From contig DF237210.1 in the NCBI GenBank assembly GCA_000708835.1, positions 56,703 to 120,702 of the forward strand: a stretch of DNA of 64,000 nt, written 5' to 3'. The notes under the pieces are model-generated. The model made no database searches, was not told where the DNA came from, and saw only the letters and a program-made list of their open reading frames with translations. The first letter of the stretch is position 1. Each line of letters opens with the position of its first letter. The position numbers and the translations under genes were made by a program. Of this stretch, positions 35,491-47,768 are shown one piece after another. The DNA is from Klebsormidium nitens (lineage: Eukaryota > Plantae > Klebsormidiophyceae).

Positions 35491-37722
35491 CCTGGGTCTT
35501 CCGTTTTCTTTTTCGCCTGTGATGTTGTTTTTTTCCTTTACATTTTTTGGTGATTGAATCTCCTTTTCCTGGAGCTTCTGGGTTGTTGGTCAGCCTGTGA
35601 TTCCCGGCACAGTGGGAGCCTGTAAGTTCCGGGTGCATTTAGATGTACATGACCTCAGCAGGGGCGTTTTGAGGAGTAGCCTTGGGTCCTGCGCTGCACT
35701 CAGGTGGAATTGAGGTGTAGTTCGGCTGTTTCGATTGGACAGCGGGCTGGGATTAGAATGACAAGTGGTTTTGAAGGGTTTCTTTACACCAGGGCCTTAT
35801 CAGCGCCTGCACAGAAGGATTTGTCTGATCAAACTTGACGTGAGTATAATTAAGCTTCCTCTGCCGAATGGAGTTGTCCTATTTTTCGCAGGCCGGGTGG
35901 GCTTACGGTCCAGGGTCGATCTTTTGCCACCTCATCCTTTCTGTCGTATGCATTCCGTAAGTTTCGGTAGTACAATCTTGCAGTGCACGTGATCAAGGTC
36001 TTGAATCACCGTTGATCAAGACACATTACTCTCTATTTTGTCAACTGCAGCATGTATCTGACTGTAGCCTTTCGTTCGTGCAGTACGGATGCGAAAGGTG
36101 ACGAGGACGGCCGTTCGTTGGGACCGTGCCGAGAGACAAACGGCAGAAGGCCGGTAGGACGATCCTACTTGACGGATCACTGTTGTTCTTCGAGCACTGA
36201 ATCTGCGACCACAGTCTGATCAGGCATTCTAAAAAGATTTGGTGTCTCATTCTCCTATGTGACACAGCAGAAACATTGTGATTAACGTGCTGTGTTTGTC
36301 CGATGTGCTTTTTCCATATATATATATAAATCGATGGTTGTGGGAAACGCAACCACTGAATCCCAGGGTGATATTCTTTTGGCGGAAAGGTTTTCTAGAT
36401 TGTTTTATGTGAGATCCGTTACGATGTTCGCAACACTTGGATCATTGCCACCTGGGCAGGAAATTTCTTCAACATGCAGGCGTGCATCTGTATGACCTGG
36501 CAGCTGATTATGCAGTCTGCCGGACCTACATCCAATCCAGAATTGAATCAGTCATAGTGGATCAGCATGAACGATGTCAAGGATATGGCCGGGCGACAAT
36601 ATATACTCAGATCAAGCTTTGAGTCTGCGACTCTTTATTACTTGGCCAAAAGTTGTCCTCAAGCGCAGGCCCCAGCGTCTATCACACGCGTAACTGCAAT
36701 GAGCTGCCGGCATGCACACATGATCCGTTCCTTGACCCAGGTTTCTTTACGGCATGTACGGTAGTTCCAGGGCGCGCACTTGAGTGCGCAGCTGCTGGCT
36801 GTGGGGAAACGCGCAGCTGCTCAGTGGCCATCCGACGACTCAGCCGCGCGGGGCGCGCGGCCGCGGGCCTCAGGTCCAGTGACCGCAGCCGCTGAGCTGC
36901 AATGCAAGACTTGAACCGTACGATCCGGCAAATGTTGCACGATTGAGGGCTGTATTTTTGCTCGCGCACAATTGCTGACCTGATGCAGTTGCCTTTGTGT
37001 AGCGTGCTGCTGCCTCCTAGCCTCTAGGTACCGACACTGTACTTGTTCATATCTAGGTACTACCTACAGCTTGTACACTCTCAGCAGGCCTCGCCAGCTA
37101 GGTATTTTCCAGACAACTTTTATGCACTTCATTTCATTCAAAGCATTGCTCCTCGCTTACCAGCAAAGCCAAGGCCCATCAATCAGATCAGGATTGAAGT
37201 TGAAATTTCAAGATGAAGCTCTTTGTACTATGTAGCTGTGTAGGGGCTGTGAAGGTGACTGCACGCTTCGGGTGGTTTTCTTGAGTTGCAATGAGCAGAT
37301 TTACGAGCTCCTTGAAGCTTGCTGAGCAGTACGTTTCAGAAGGAGACACGGCAAGTGGTTTTGAGCGCTGAGCAATGAAACTCGATTGCTCGGGTTAGCT
37401 GCCCGCTACCCAACTTGTGGGCATTCGGGCATCCTCTAAAGAGTAGGAGCTGCAAAACGTCCGAGACGTTCTGGGCAGCTCTCAGAAGAAGAACTGTGGC
37501 CCACAGCTCTACCTTCCTATCCCCACGAACAGCGCGCACAGGAGTCACTTCTGAGTATCAAGTTGGCATATGCAACTTGCGACAACAACTTCTTCACGAA
37601 CCCACAACTTGCACGGATGCTCACAACTGAACACGAAAGAGTGTGTTTTTGATAAGGTAGCCACACATTTAGAGTGGGAAAGCAAGCATTGCCTCAGAGG
37701 GAGCGGTGCCTTGCAGCTCAAA

Positions 37723-40700
37723 ATGGGGGGCAACCGGGGGCCAGCTGAGGGGAGGGCCTATGATGTTCTCTACGGTAAGAGCACTTTCTCTTTAAAGTCC
37801 TTGGGATACTTTTCACATGGTTTGATTGGGTAGCCATCCCAATTCTTCTTTCACGAAAACTCCTCAAAACATCTTTTCGTGTCCCGTTCGCGCAATGCAA
37901 GCAGGAGGGCTTGTCACCTAAAGACAACGATAATTGTATCTTGACAACAGCATTATTTGAGGAGTCTTGCACTCAATCAGCTGCAACTATGCAGGTTCAT
38001 AATGGCAGCTCAGCAAGGCTAGATTGAGAGCGTCTGTCTCTTTCATGTCAGCGCTTTGCTCAGAATCAGCAAACTCGACGATTCCGAGCTTTTCCATTCC
38101 GCAGACCCTCTCTACACGGTCTCTGGGGCTCGGGACCACTATCGGCAGCAGGCGCAGAGTGCAGGCTACACTCTGGTAAGTACATAGCGCCCGTGCGCAA
38201 TGTGATATTCAGGGCCTGGTTTCATTCTCTGCGTTTTATTGCTGGAGCCATCGGAAGCTGTTGATTCAATGCTTTTAAGTTGGCATTATGGGGCAGTAGA
38301 ACATGCGGCGATGGGGCTGCTGATGTCACCTTGCCGCTCGCGAGCACGTTTCAACGTCCAGCCTGAGTGCAGAAGCCAATCTGCCTGCAGCCAGTGAGAG
38401 CTTTCGTATGTTGCAACCGTCTTTTGACACTCCAACTTCGTTTCCGGAGACAGGGCCACTAGGAGCGCTCCTGCTCCAGCAACCGGCAGCAGTCGGACCC
38501 TTGACAAATCGAATTTGTTTTGGGCGTTATAGAGCTGCCTGCCCTTTAAGATTGTCAAACATTCTAGGGCAGGGAGTTCTGAATTTTGCTCTCGAAGTAT
38601 GAAGTCTGGATAGGTCAGGGTTGGCAGCACCACTACTTCGCCAACTTCGATGGAAGGGAGACAACGTTGCTTGCCAGTCATGCCGCTGGCAGCTTGTCTG
38701 CAAGCGGCCAGATCGAGATTAAACGACCGCAGACAACGTCAGCAAAACCATCTCGTCAAAAAGCTGCCTCCCACCGCCTCCTCCGGTGGCCCGTGCGTTG
38801 CATCAAATTTGAAGAGTATTGTCGGTTCCCACACTTTGACTTTCGTCTTACCACCTTTGAAGCGATGTCTTCCTAATCTTCCACCTTTTGACGTACTGAC
38901 TTGCTTGACCACACAAGGGAAACTAGACGCATACACTTCACCACACTCCGCTGCTGGATCTTGGACTTCTACTTTCGACCTTTCTCTTGGAACATCGACT
39001 TCCCAAATCTGCAGTTTCAAAGCACTGGTGTCGCTTGATTATATACCAACCGATAGACCCCTTTCATTCTCCCACCCCTCTGCAGGAGAAGGTCCCCAAC
39101 TTCCCCAACTTCTTCTCGGAGGTCCCGACGTTCCCGGCCCAGAGCCTCCGGCTGAAAGCAGCCAACGACGTTCCGCCGTTTGTCCCTCGGGACTTCCGCC
39201 CCGACCAGCCGGCCCCGCACGAATTGCAGGGGCGCTCGACCAGCGGGAATGTGAGCCCTCATCAATGAAAAAGCATCGCAGATGGTTTGCAGGTTCAGGA
39301 ATCATGTTGTGGGTTGTGTCTAAGGATTTGTAGGACTCGGTTGAGTGCTGGGATACAGTATAGGACGCGAGATGAGTGTACACCTCCGAGGGTGCACAGT
39401 GGCTCAAGTGGTGCAATGGCGCGGAGTAACGCAGCTCATTGTCGTGACGGTAGCGGTGAAGTTTGCACGATGAGACGGAAAAGAAGGATTCGACGGGAGT
39501 GGAGTGTTGTTGCCTTTCGAAATAGTCATGGTCACAGCAAGCAACCAGAGAAATTGCGCCAACAGTCTGACCAGTTGAAATGATGACGAGGCGAAAGGCT
39601 CAGAGGGGTAGAGCTTGAGTAAATGTCAGGAGGGTCTACAACGAACAAGGCTTTCTGAAGAAGGGAGCTTCTCTTTGTAACGGAACCACATCCATTGTAA
39701 CGGAACCACATCCATTGTAACGGAAGCATCCAGCGAGACGCGTCAACTTCAAACCCTCAAATGAGTCGCAAGCGAGTCGGGGATGCTACATCAGGCGAGA
39801 CAAGAAGTGCTAGAATCGCCGAAGAGCCGCTCCCCGAAAGGGAACGGACCGAAGCGGGGAGTGCGAGCCCCACTAGCGAAGAGCCTGTTTCCTGCGGGGA
39901 TAGCTTTTACGCTACCGGAACAATAAAAGGTCATGGAAATCTAAAAGAACGTTTTCCTGGGTGCAGGTCAGCGGGGCCAACCTGGTGAAGTTTCTGCACC
40001 AGCCCCTGCTTTCCAAGGATGACGTGGCTGAGAACAGGTGAGAAAGAAGCGTCGAAACAGCGCAGTTTCCTCTCTCAGCGCTCCATTTGACGTCAGCAAA
40101 AAGCTCAAACAGATTCTGCAGCAAAGAAGCCGACATAAGACTAAGGCGCAGCCACGACTTTCCAAGTTTCATCGCGTTCGAGCCAGGCTAGGCTTCTGAG
40201 GTGAGGCGGTTGTCGAGTCCAGGCGACGTCCAGAGTGTTTCAGCTTTGCAACCCCTGTGGCCCTCTTTTTGGGAATCGTTCGCATGTCGAAAAGTCGGAT
40301 TTTGGAACACTCGAGTGGTCTGCTCACTCAGTGTGGTTTGCAGAGCCTATTATGCAACGTTCGAGCCGATGGGTCCATAACGAGATCCAGCAGTTTGCTC
40401 ACGACGATCAAAACGCCATGCTTTCCTTTTCAACGTGTGCGGATTTGCGACACCTCCCAAGTTGTACACCACCAGGTCTGCGGGATCTTGGTGCAGCCTC
40501 ATCTCCGATTTGAACCGCCTCCGGCAGCAATAGAACTACCATTCCCTTAAGCTCCTGATCAACACCATAAAATATAACCTTCAGTCCTGAAGGGCATAAC
40601 TTGCCAATCTTTTTATGATGCGCTAAACCTACAACCTGATTGTTTTGTAGGGCGCTCAGCACCGTCAAGTGCGCCACCCCCGCGCGGAGGCCCTCGTGAT

Positions 40701-43700
40701 CAATACGATAAAACAAGAAACTCAGTCCTGAAGCGCTGAAATTTATACCCTTGTCCTGAAGCGCTAAACTTAGAAACCTGGAATCTTGCAGGGCGCTCAG
40801 CACCGTCAGGTTCGCCATCCCCGCGCAGAGACCCCCCCCCAAGTTCCACGTTGAGTGCTTAACCGAGATATCTTCCCCTGACTTTTGAAACCCTAAACCA
40901 AACCAAGCAAAGTCGGGTTCTTGCAGGGCGCTCAGCACCGTCAAGTTCGCCACCCCCGCGCGGAGCCCCTCCCCCAAGTCGCGCGCCGCGTCGCGCGCCG
41001 CGGGCTTGGCCGCGGGGCCGCATTCGGTCACGGTCGGGACGCAGAGCGACTACCGGGAGAGCGAGGCGCAAACCGTGCCGTACACTCCGGATTACGTCAT
41101 CCCGGAGGGCGCGCCGGAGCCGGAGATCCTCGCGCTGCGGGAGCTGACGTATGGTGAGGTCACCATGAGCTTTGCGCGGAATAGCTTGGCGCTTTTCAGT
41201 CTGTTGTTCTTCGTGACACAGCCACGAACAGTGAGCCCGATTTGTGCGGCAACTCGCGGCTGTCTCTCAAAATCGTTTTTTGACAGGTTCGTGTCTCCTG
41301 TTAAAATCGCAAGCGCTTAAAAACGTCTTTCACCTTGAGAAGAGGGTTCCTTTGACTGCAATTCTCTTACGCGGCCAATCGGTTGTCTCAAAGCGCTAAA
41401 ACGAATCTGGTGGTGTCTCAAAGATGTTGGCTTTCCGCTCAGGCTCCGGCCTTCCGGCTGGCGCGGCCGCCGTGGCCCTGGTCGACAAGATGCGGCTCAA
41501 GCGCGAGTTCGAGGCGACCCTTCCGCCGCTCTCCGGAACGGAACAGGAGCTGGCGGTACGGAAGCGGATGATGGAGGCCTGGGAGCGCCAGGAGTGGGCC
41601 GACAGGGAGGCCGGCATCGCACAGTGAGCTAAAAAGCGCATTAAGTCCGGCTCAAGCGATTCTTATACTGATCAAAGCCCTCGATTCTTTTTCCGCTTTC
41701 CGCTTGGCCGCCGGAAAGGTTTTACGACTGCATATTTGACGCTGACAGCAAGAAGTGTTGTGTTCTGAAAAATCTGTTTGCCCGCAAGATTGTGTCCGTC
41801 AGTCTTTTCGAGATTTGCAATTTTGAAATTACGTCTTTTGGAAGAAGCCGCAGAATTGCTCGGAAACGTAAGCTCTCACAAGGAACGGATGGCTGTACAG
41901 AGTATTGAAAAGCACGTGCATCTCCCTTTCGACATTCTCTGTTCCGTAACAAGCAGAGTCATAAGGAAGATCGTGCATTACAAAGATACTTGACGTCAGG
42001 CGTCAAGATAGCTAATGATGTAAATGCAAGAACGTCATTGTTTTACCTTCGCAGGGCTCAGGAGGACCGTCTGGCTTCTCTGGGTTTGAAACAAGCTGAG
42101 TCGGGAGGAGAATCGTGCATTTACAGCGATGCTTTGACACCAGGCGTTAAGACCGCTGAGAATGTAAATGCACGAACGTCCATGCCTTGCCTTGGCAGGG
42201 CTCAGGAGGACCGCTTGCGAAAATGACGATGAAGCGCCTGAGAAACGGAGCCGTCCGGCGCCGGCGAGTCGAGGGACGGAACGGAAGCGGAGGAGTCCTA
42301 GGGTTTACGGCGCGAACAGTCGGGGTGCATGAACTTGATTCTTTTCTTCTTTTGCAGGGCGCAGGAGGACCGGTTGGCGTCCATGGTCGCCGCGATCGAG
42401 CAGCGCGAGGCGGCGCGCGAGCAGGAGATTCGGCGCAAGATGGAGGGGCTGAAGGCGACCAAGGACGCCGAGCGGAGCAAGGCGCTGGCGGGGATCCAGA
42501 AGAAGCGCATCCAGACAATGAGGAAGCTGACGCAAGCCCGCACGCAAGGCGAGAAGGTATGAGGAGAGCGATGAAAATTTCAAGTAATCTGGATATCAAG
42601 CTGAAATTTCCGCCAACTCGGAGACTCAGAAGCAAGCGGGGTGGTTGCTATTCCCACGAGATGGTTGTTATTCAATCGATAACAACGTGCCCTTCAAAAA
42701 TGAAAGACGCAAGGCGCAAGAATGCGGCGAAGCAGTCGAGCGGGTCGGGAGCGTGAAGAAACACGAAATTCATCGGAGAATGCTCCCGACATTGTCAGAA
42801 ACTTGGGCAGACAAAGAGCAACAGAAAGTATATGCTTTTTCTCGAGAGAAAAATGCTTCCAACCACCACCCTTAGCAGGTCGTGTCGTCATCCTAAGCTT
42901 GCTTCTCTCCTCTTGTCGGCAGAGTCTCACTAAATGTGACATTGTTTGGAGAGTAGAGCTGCAACGAGATTAGCCCTCATTTTGATAAGCTTCTCGAACA
43001 CGCCCCTTAGCAGGTCGGACTACGATGTTAAGCTTGCTTCTCCTTTCGACTTTGCAGAGCCTCACGAACCGGGAAATCGTAAGGAATAGAGCAGCAAATC
43101 TCTCAGCGTACTATTCAGTAACACTCGTCGAGCCCAAAGCGATTTATGTCGTGATCCCAAAGCTCCTTTCTCCTTTCGGAACCGCAGAGCCTCACAAAGC
43201 GCGACATCGCTAAGAGGGTAGAGTGGCAACGATACCCATCCTCGTCACGACCCTTACCAGGTCATCTTCTTGATCAAAAGCCTGCTTCTCGCTTCTCATG
43301 TGCAGAGCCTCACGAAGCGTGACATCATCGAGGAGTACGCGGACTACGGCTCGCGCGTGTACGCGCCCATCACGCGCGCGGGCGCGGCCCTGACCGGTAA
43401 AGGCCTCGAGATTAACTCCGCGGTCGTCGAGCCGGCGTCGCTGCCAGGTGCGTAAATTGGACGAAGCAATCGAAAAGAGCCTTCTTTCTGTTTGAAAAAT
43501 CAAGGTAGTGAGTCTTGGAGGGCAAGTGGCTACTTTGAGAGGACGGGTGTCTAGAGAAAGCAACAGAACTTGCGTCTTATAAAGTTTTTTGTCTTCGTAC
43601 ATGAGACTCGACATGTTGCAGAAAAGATAGTGGAAAGCAAGATTTCAGGAGGTGGTGAGCCATTCGCAGGGAACAATTATACAACAGGCCCTCCTTTTCA

Positions 43701-46700
43701 GAGCATGATTCCTTCTAAAGTCTCTTTCAACCATTTCGGGGGCCTATATTGACCATTCGTTTCTGCACTAAAGCGAAGTCCATCCGACGTCATGCTGACG
43801 TCACCGACGGCCAATCGCGCGCAGGCGTGGCGCACCTGGAGCGTAGCCTGTCCCGGAAGACCCTCCCGCGGGTCACGTCACCCAACGCGTCCACGAAGAA
43901 GCTGAGCCTGGTGGACGCGCGCGAGCAGTCGACCACGCGCGCGCAGCTGAAGCACATCGACAACCTGCTGCAGACGTCCAAGACCATGGTGCGCGCGCGC
44001 GCTCTGTTTCTTGCTGTTTTGTTTTCCCTCTTAGGAGCCAGCATCCCCTGCCATCACGTCCGCTTCTTGAGGGCATGAGAGTTCAGTCCATCCGAACTTT
44101 CATAAAGTTCTGCGAAAGAGGACGCTTCATATCCTTTTTTGGAGAGTGAAGGACTCACAGCGAAAAGTTTCCGATGCAAACTTGAGCTTCTGCTCCTTTG
44201 TCTAGTTCGAGCCCCTTTCTTCTGACGTGTAAAACAGAAGATACAACTTGTTAAATTGCAATGGATCTTCCACATTGTTTGAAAATCGTGCCTCCAATGA
44301 CAAGTCTGGACTGAATGTTATCGAGCTCCTGGCGTCGTCCATCTTTTTTGACGGGCCTTAAGCGCACGGTCTCCCGAATCCGTAACTGCTTCGATCCTCG
44401 AGAAGATTCGTAAGCTAGGCAACCGCAATGAAACCATTCCATACATAAGCTGCCCTTTCTGGTTTCGTTGTACCCCATTCTGAACAACACTCGCCAGCGT
44501 GACCCCTCTCTCGGGATGCGGCCGCCACGCCTGAGCTGAAAGACTCGTTCATGAGACGAAGTGGAAGTACGTGGCGGGCCAAGAAGAGACCGCCAACTGC
44601 TTTCTAAACGAAGTCCGTATCACTGGAACCCAAAGGACAACGAATGGCAGCAACTGCAGAGTCTGTCATAGATGCACCTCATCCTTTCCGACAAGGCCAT
44701 GAGCAACCTCATCAGAAAACTTGATCAACGGCTCCTTTCTTCGCGCAGTCGAACGGGACGCGCGGGATGGGCGACGCGTGGCCGTGCCCGTTGGACGCCA
44801 ACGAGGAGGCGGCGCGGCTCGCCAAGACGCGCGCGCGCGCTCCCTCGCTGCGGCTGCGCAAGAAGCCCACCGGCCGCGTCGCGCCGCCCGTCGAGAACGA
44901 GGAGCAGCGCGCGCGCAGGAAGAGGTGAGCGAGGGTTTTAGGGTTTGGCGAAACTTGCCTTGAGTGTTGACGAAGCACCGTTACCAGTGGGATCGCTGTT
45001 TCAGGGTCTTCTGAAGCTGACCGCAACCCTCTGAGAGGTAGCGCACAATTGTGAGTAGTCGAGTTGAGTCATCCCCCAAGGTCTTCTCAAGAGCCAGTTC
45101 TTTTGAAAGCCTTCAGATAGGCGTCCAGACACGAAAGAGGCTTCTTTCTCCTTGAACCGTTTCATTCTTGATTTCGAGCGTTTTGCAGACGTCCGAATCT
45201 ACTTCTCCAGCCGTGTCCTTTGCGCACTATAAAATGCTCTCGGCTCCTCAGACATTGCATCTCGAGAGCCTTAACCCGCTCCGTTCTTCCTCCAGGCGCC
45301 GCGCGATCATCTTCCTCCAGAGCCTCATCCGCGGCCGTGCCGCGCAGGCCGCGATGTTCGAGACGCGCGCGCGGCTCCAAACCCTTGTTACCGAGCTGCA
45401 GGCGGCCGCCCAACCGGTGGGGGATCCCTCGCCGGTGACGTCAGAGGCGGGTCTGCCGACCGGGATAGTTGTACCGGGGCCCTCAGTCACTCTGGAGGCG
45501 ATCAAAGACGAGATGCTTGGGGCGGTTCTGGGCGACATGATGAGTGTTCTGACCGTTGAAGACGTCGCCCAAAGGCGCGCGAAGTTGCGGGAGATTGAGG
45601 CGGCGCATGGTAAGGAGCCCACTCGGCTGCGGAAGAAATGATCGGAGCCTGTAACTAGGGTGATTATTCCAGACCCCAATCGTCGCTTGAAGTTTGGTTT
45701 ACCATTTACCGATCGTCGCTTGAAGTTTGGTTTACCATTTACCGGCGGGCGACTCGGCAGTCAGCGGATCTTGGAGTGGTTATCAGGCAGCGTCAAGTAT
45801 GTCAAGCCGCTGAAATTCCTCCGTAATCGTACAGGCAATTAGATTTCACAGGCTGAAAAACAAATGCATATAAATGGAAAGCCGACTCTCAAAAAAACTA
45901 TGAACAGTCATGAATAAAGCCCCCGTCCAACGATGGTTTGTACTTCTGGCAGCTCGGCGGGCTGAAGAGCAGCTTTTCAGGGAATTGGACTGGCTCTGAA
46001 GCGCAACAGACCCTGCACAAGCAAATCCGCCCATACTTTGCAATCTCAAGCCTCTCGCTCTATCTGATACCGAGAAGAGTCTGCTGACATCGTTTCTTTC
46101 TTCCTGCTCCCCAGTTGAGAACCAGGCGCGCATTCTGAGAGAGGAGCAAGAAGCCCGCGAGCGTATGCTCCGGGGGCCAGAATTGCCGCCGGACGAGACC
46201 CCCCTCGACGAAGAGAAAGAGCACTTGGCGGACGGCGGGGCAGGTTCGAAGAAGCACGGGCACCATAAGCACGGAAGCGGCGGCCATAAGCACAGGGAGC
46301 ACGGGCATAAGCACAGGAAGCATGGTCATAAGCACGGCGAAGCTTCTCATAAGCGGGAAGAAGATGGATCTAGAGAAGGCGAGGAAGCCCATGGCCACGG
46401 TCACAAGGATGGAGGACACCGCCATAAGCGCGGAGAAGACATGCATAAGCACGGCGAGCACGGCCATAAGCACCGAGAGAACGGACATAAGCTCCAAGCG
46501 AATGAGGGAGAGGATACACATACGAACTCAGATCTGGGCGAAGGAGGCCCAACGCAAGGTGACGGCATTGGGAGAACCAGTGACGTCAGAAGGACTAGCG
46601 GAGCAACTCTTGGGAATGATTCTTTCCGTTCAGAAGGAGGAGACGGAAGCCATCGAGAGGATGCTGACGACATGCTTGCGTCACCAGAGAAGGGGAGGGA

Positions 46701-47768
46701 CGGCGGAGAGATGGTCCCGCAGAGAGGCAGGATGCATGGCGCTAAGAGCAAATTCAAAAAGAAGGTGAAGGCAGACGGCAGGAAGGGTGACGGCCGTTCC
46801 GCTGGTTCCGTGCGCCAAGACCGGAAAAGCTCCTTTGTAAAGTGGGCCGACACGGGTTACTCTGAAGTCGGACGAGGCGCTGCGGATGAAGGGAAAGCCG
46901 CGACAGACATGGGAGGTGAAGCCAAACCGACGGAAGAGGAAGGCGGAAGGACAGCGGAACGGAACGAAACAAGGGCGGAGGGAGAGGCGGCTTTTGAGCA
47001 GCAAGAGAGTGACGAGTACGGGGAGGAGTCTGGTTCAGGAAGCGACACCGGATCAGAAACGGAAGGAACGGAATCGGAAGGCGAGTCTTCGGCAGGTGAG
47101 AATCAGGACAGTTTGTTTGATCCAAGAACCATACGGGAACCAACGGAAAAGATGCTCCAGAATGCAACTTGCTCCGCCTCAGATGTGATACTCTCGGCTC
47201 ATTCATGGTGTTGCCAGGTTGACGTCTAACATTGGGTCTCCAACGCTTCTTTCGAAGTCTCTTGCAACATTTGTACTGGTGCTTGGAATCGCGCCGTCGT
47301 TCCAGACAAAGACCCTGAACGCCTTCTTCTCCTACGCGCTAAGCTAGTTACTTCGCTACCTTGCATCTACCAATCAACTCCTTGAAATCTCAGCTGATTG
47401 GACATGACGGGCCGACCCGTTGCATCAAATACTACGCAGCTAAGATTTGTTTTAACCATTCTCAAGGATGGCCTCGTTTTTCCTCAGGTTCGTACTCGGA
47501 TGAAGAGGAGTCCGCGGGCGCCGGGTACGGAACGGAGGATACCGCGGACGCCGGAAACGGATCGGCGGACGGAGCAGCCGACCACGAGGCGGGACACGCG
47601 CCCGCGAAAGCGCGCGCGAAGCGGCCGCCCCACGGGACGCCACGCCGCCCCGCTTGGGCTGACGTGGACCCGGAAGTCGGCGCCGCGGCCGCGACGCGCA
47701 TCCAAGCGCACTTGCGGGGGCACCAGGATCGGCAGCTGGTGGCGCGCATGAGGTTGGGGAGTACTTAG
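37723..47768 (+). CDS. CFAP91: Cilia- and flagella-associated protein 91 (MAATS1/AAT-1 family) with a long His/Lys-rich and acidic C-terminal extension and IQ-like motifs
   Basis: RAYDVLY|DPLYTVSGARDHYR; VGTQSDYRESEAQTVPYTPDYVIPEG-APEPEILALRELTYG|SGLPAGAAAVALVDKMRLKREFEATLPPL...EWADREAGIAQ; RDIIEEYADYGSRVYAPITRAG; AIIFLQSLIRGRAAQAAMFE. These match CFAP91 conserved blocks. A terminal IQ-like ATRIQAHLRGHQDR precedes the stop at 47766-47768. Confidence 0.9.
39675..39730. repeat. 20-bp tandem repeat (about 2.5 copies), intronic
   Basis: TTGTAACGGAACCACATCCA x2 followed by TTGTAACGGAAGCATC. Confidence 0.9.
40620..40985 (+). repeat. Triplicated acceptor plus exon start (CFAP91)
   Basis: AG|GGCGCTCAGCACCGTCA.GT.CGCCA.CCC begins at 40651, 40792 and the true exon start at 40927. 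Confidence 0.9.
41990..42390 (+). repeat. Triplicated acceptor plus exon start (CFAP91)
   Basis: GCAG|GGC.CAGGAGGACCG with CAG at 42052, 42196 and the true acceptor at 42355-42357. Confidence 0.85.
42880..43340 (+). repeat. Quadruplicated acceptor plus exon start (CFAP91)
   Basis: AAGC(T)TGCTTCTC...GCAG|AG.CTCAC.AA with CAG at 42920, 43055, 43185 and the true acceptor at 43303-43305. Confidence 0.85.
45679..45744. repeat. Exact 33-bp tandem duplication, intronic
   Basis: ATCGTCGCTTGAAGTTTGGTTTACCATTTACCG occurs at 45679 and 45712. Confidence 0.9.

Noticed and set aside
36750-36910. GC-rich hairpin cluster as a possible ncRNA
   Set aside because: Short stems such as GCGCAC-TTGA-GTGCGC are expected at this GC content, with no tRNA/snRNA/SRP signature; more likely the CFAP91 promoter or 5' island.
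38286-39416. Several 90-230 aa ORFs on both strands in CFAP91
   Set aside because: Only 39088-39252 fits the CFAP91 reading frame with proper splice sites; the rest are chance intronic ORFs.
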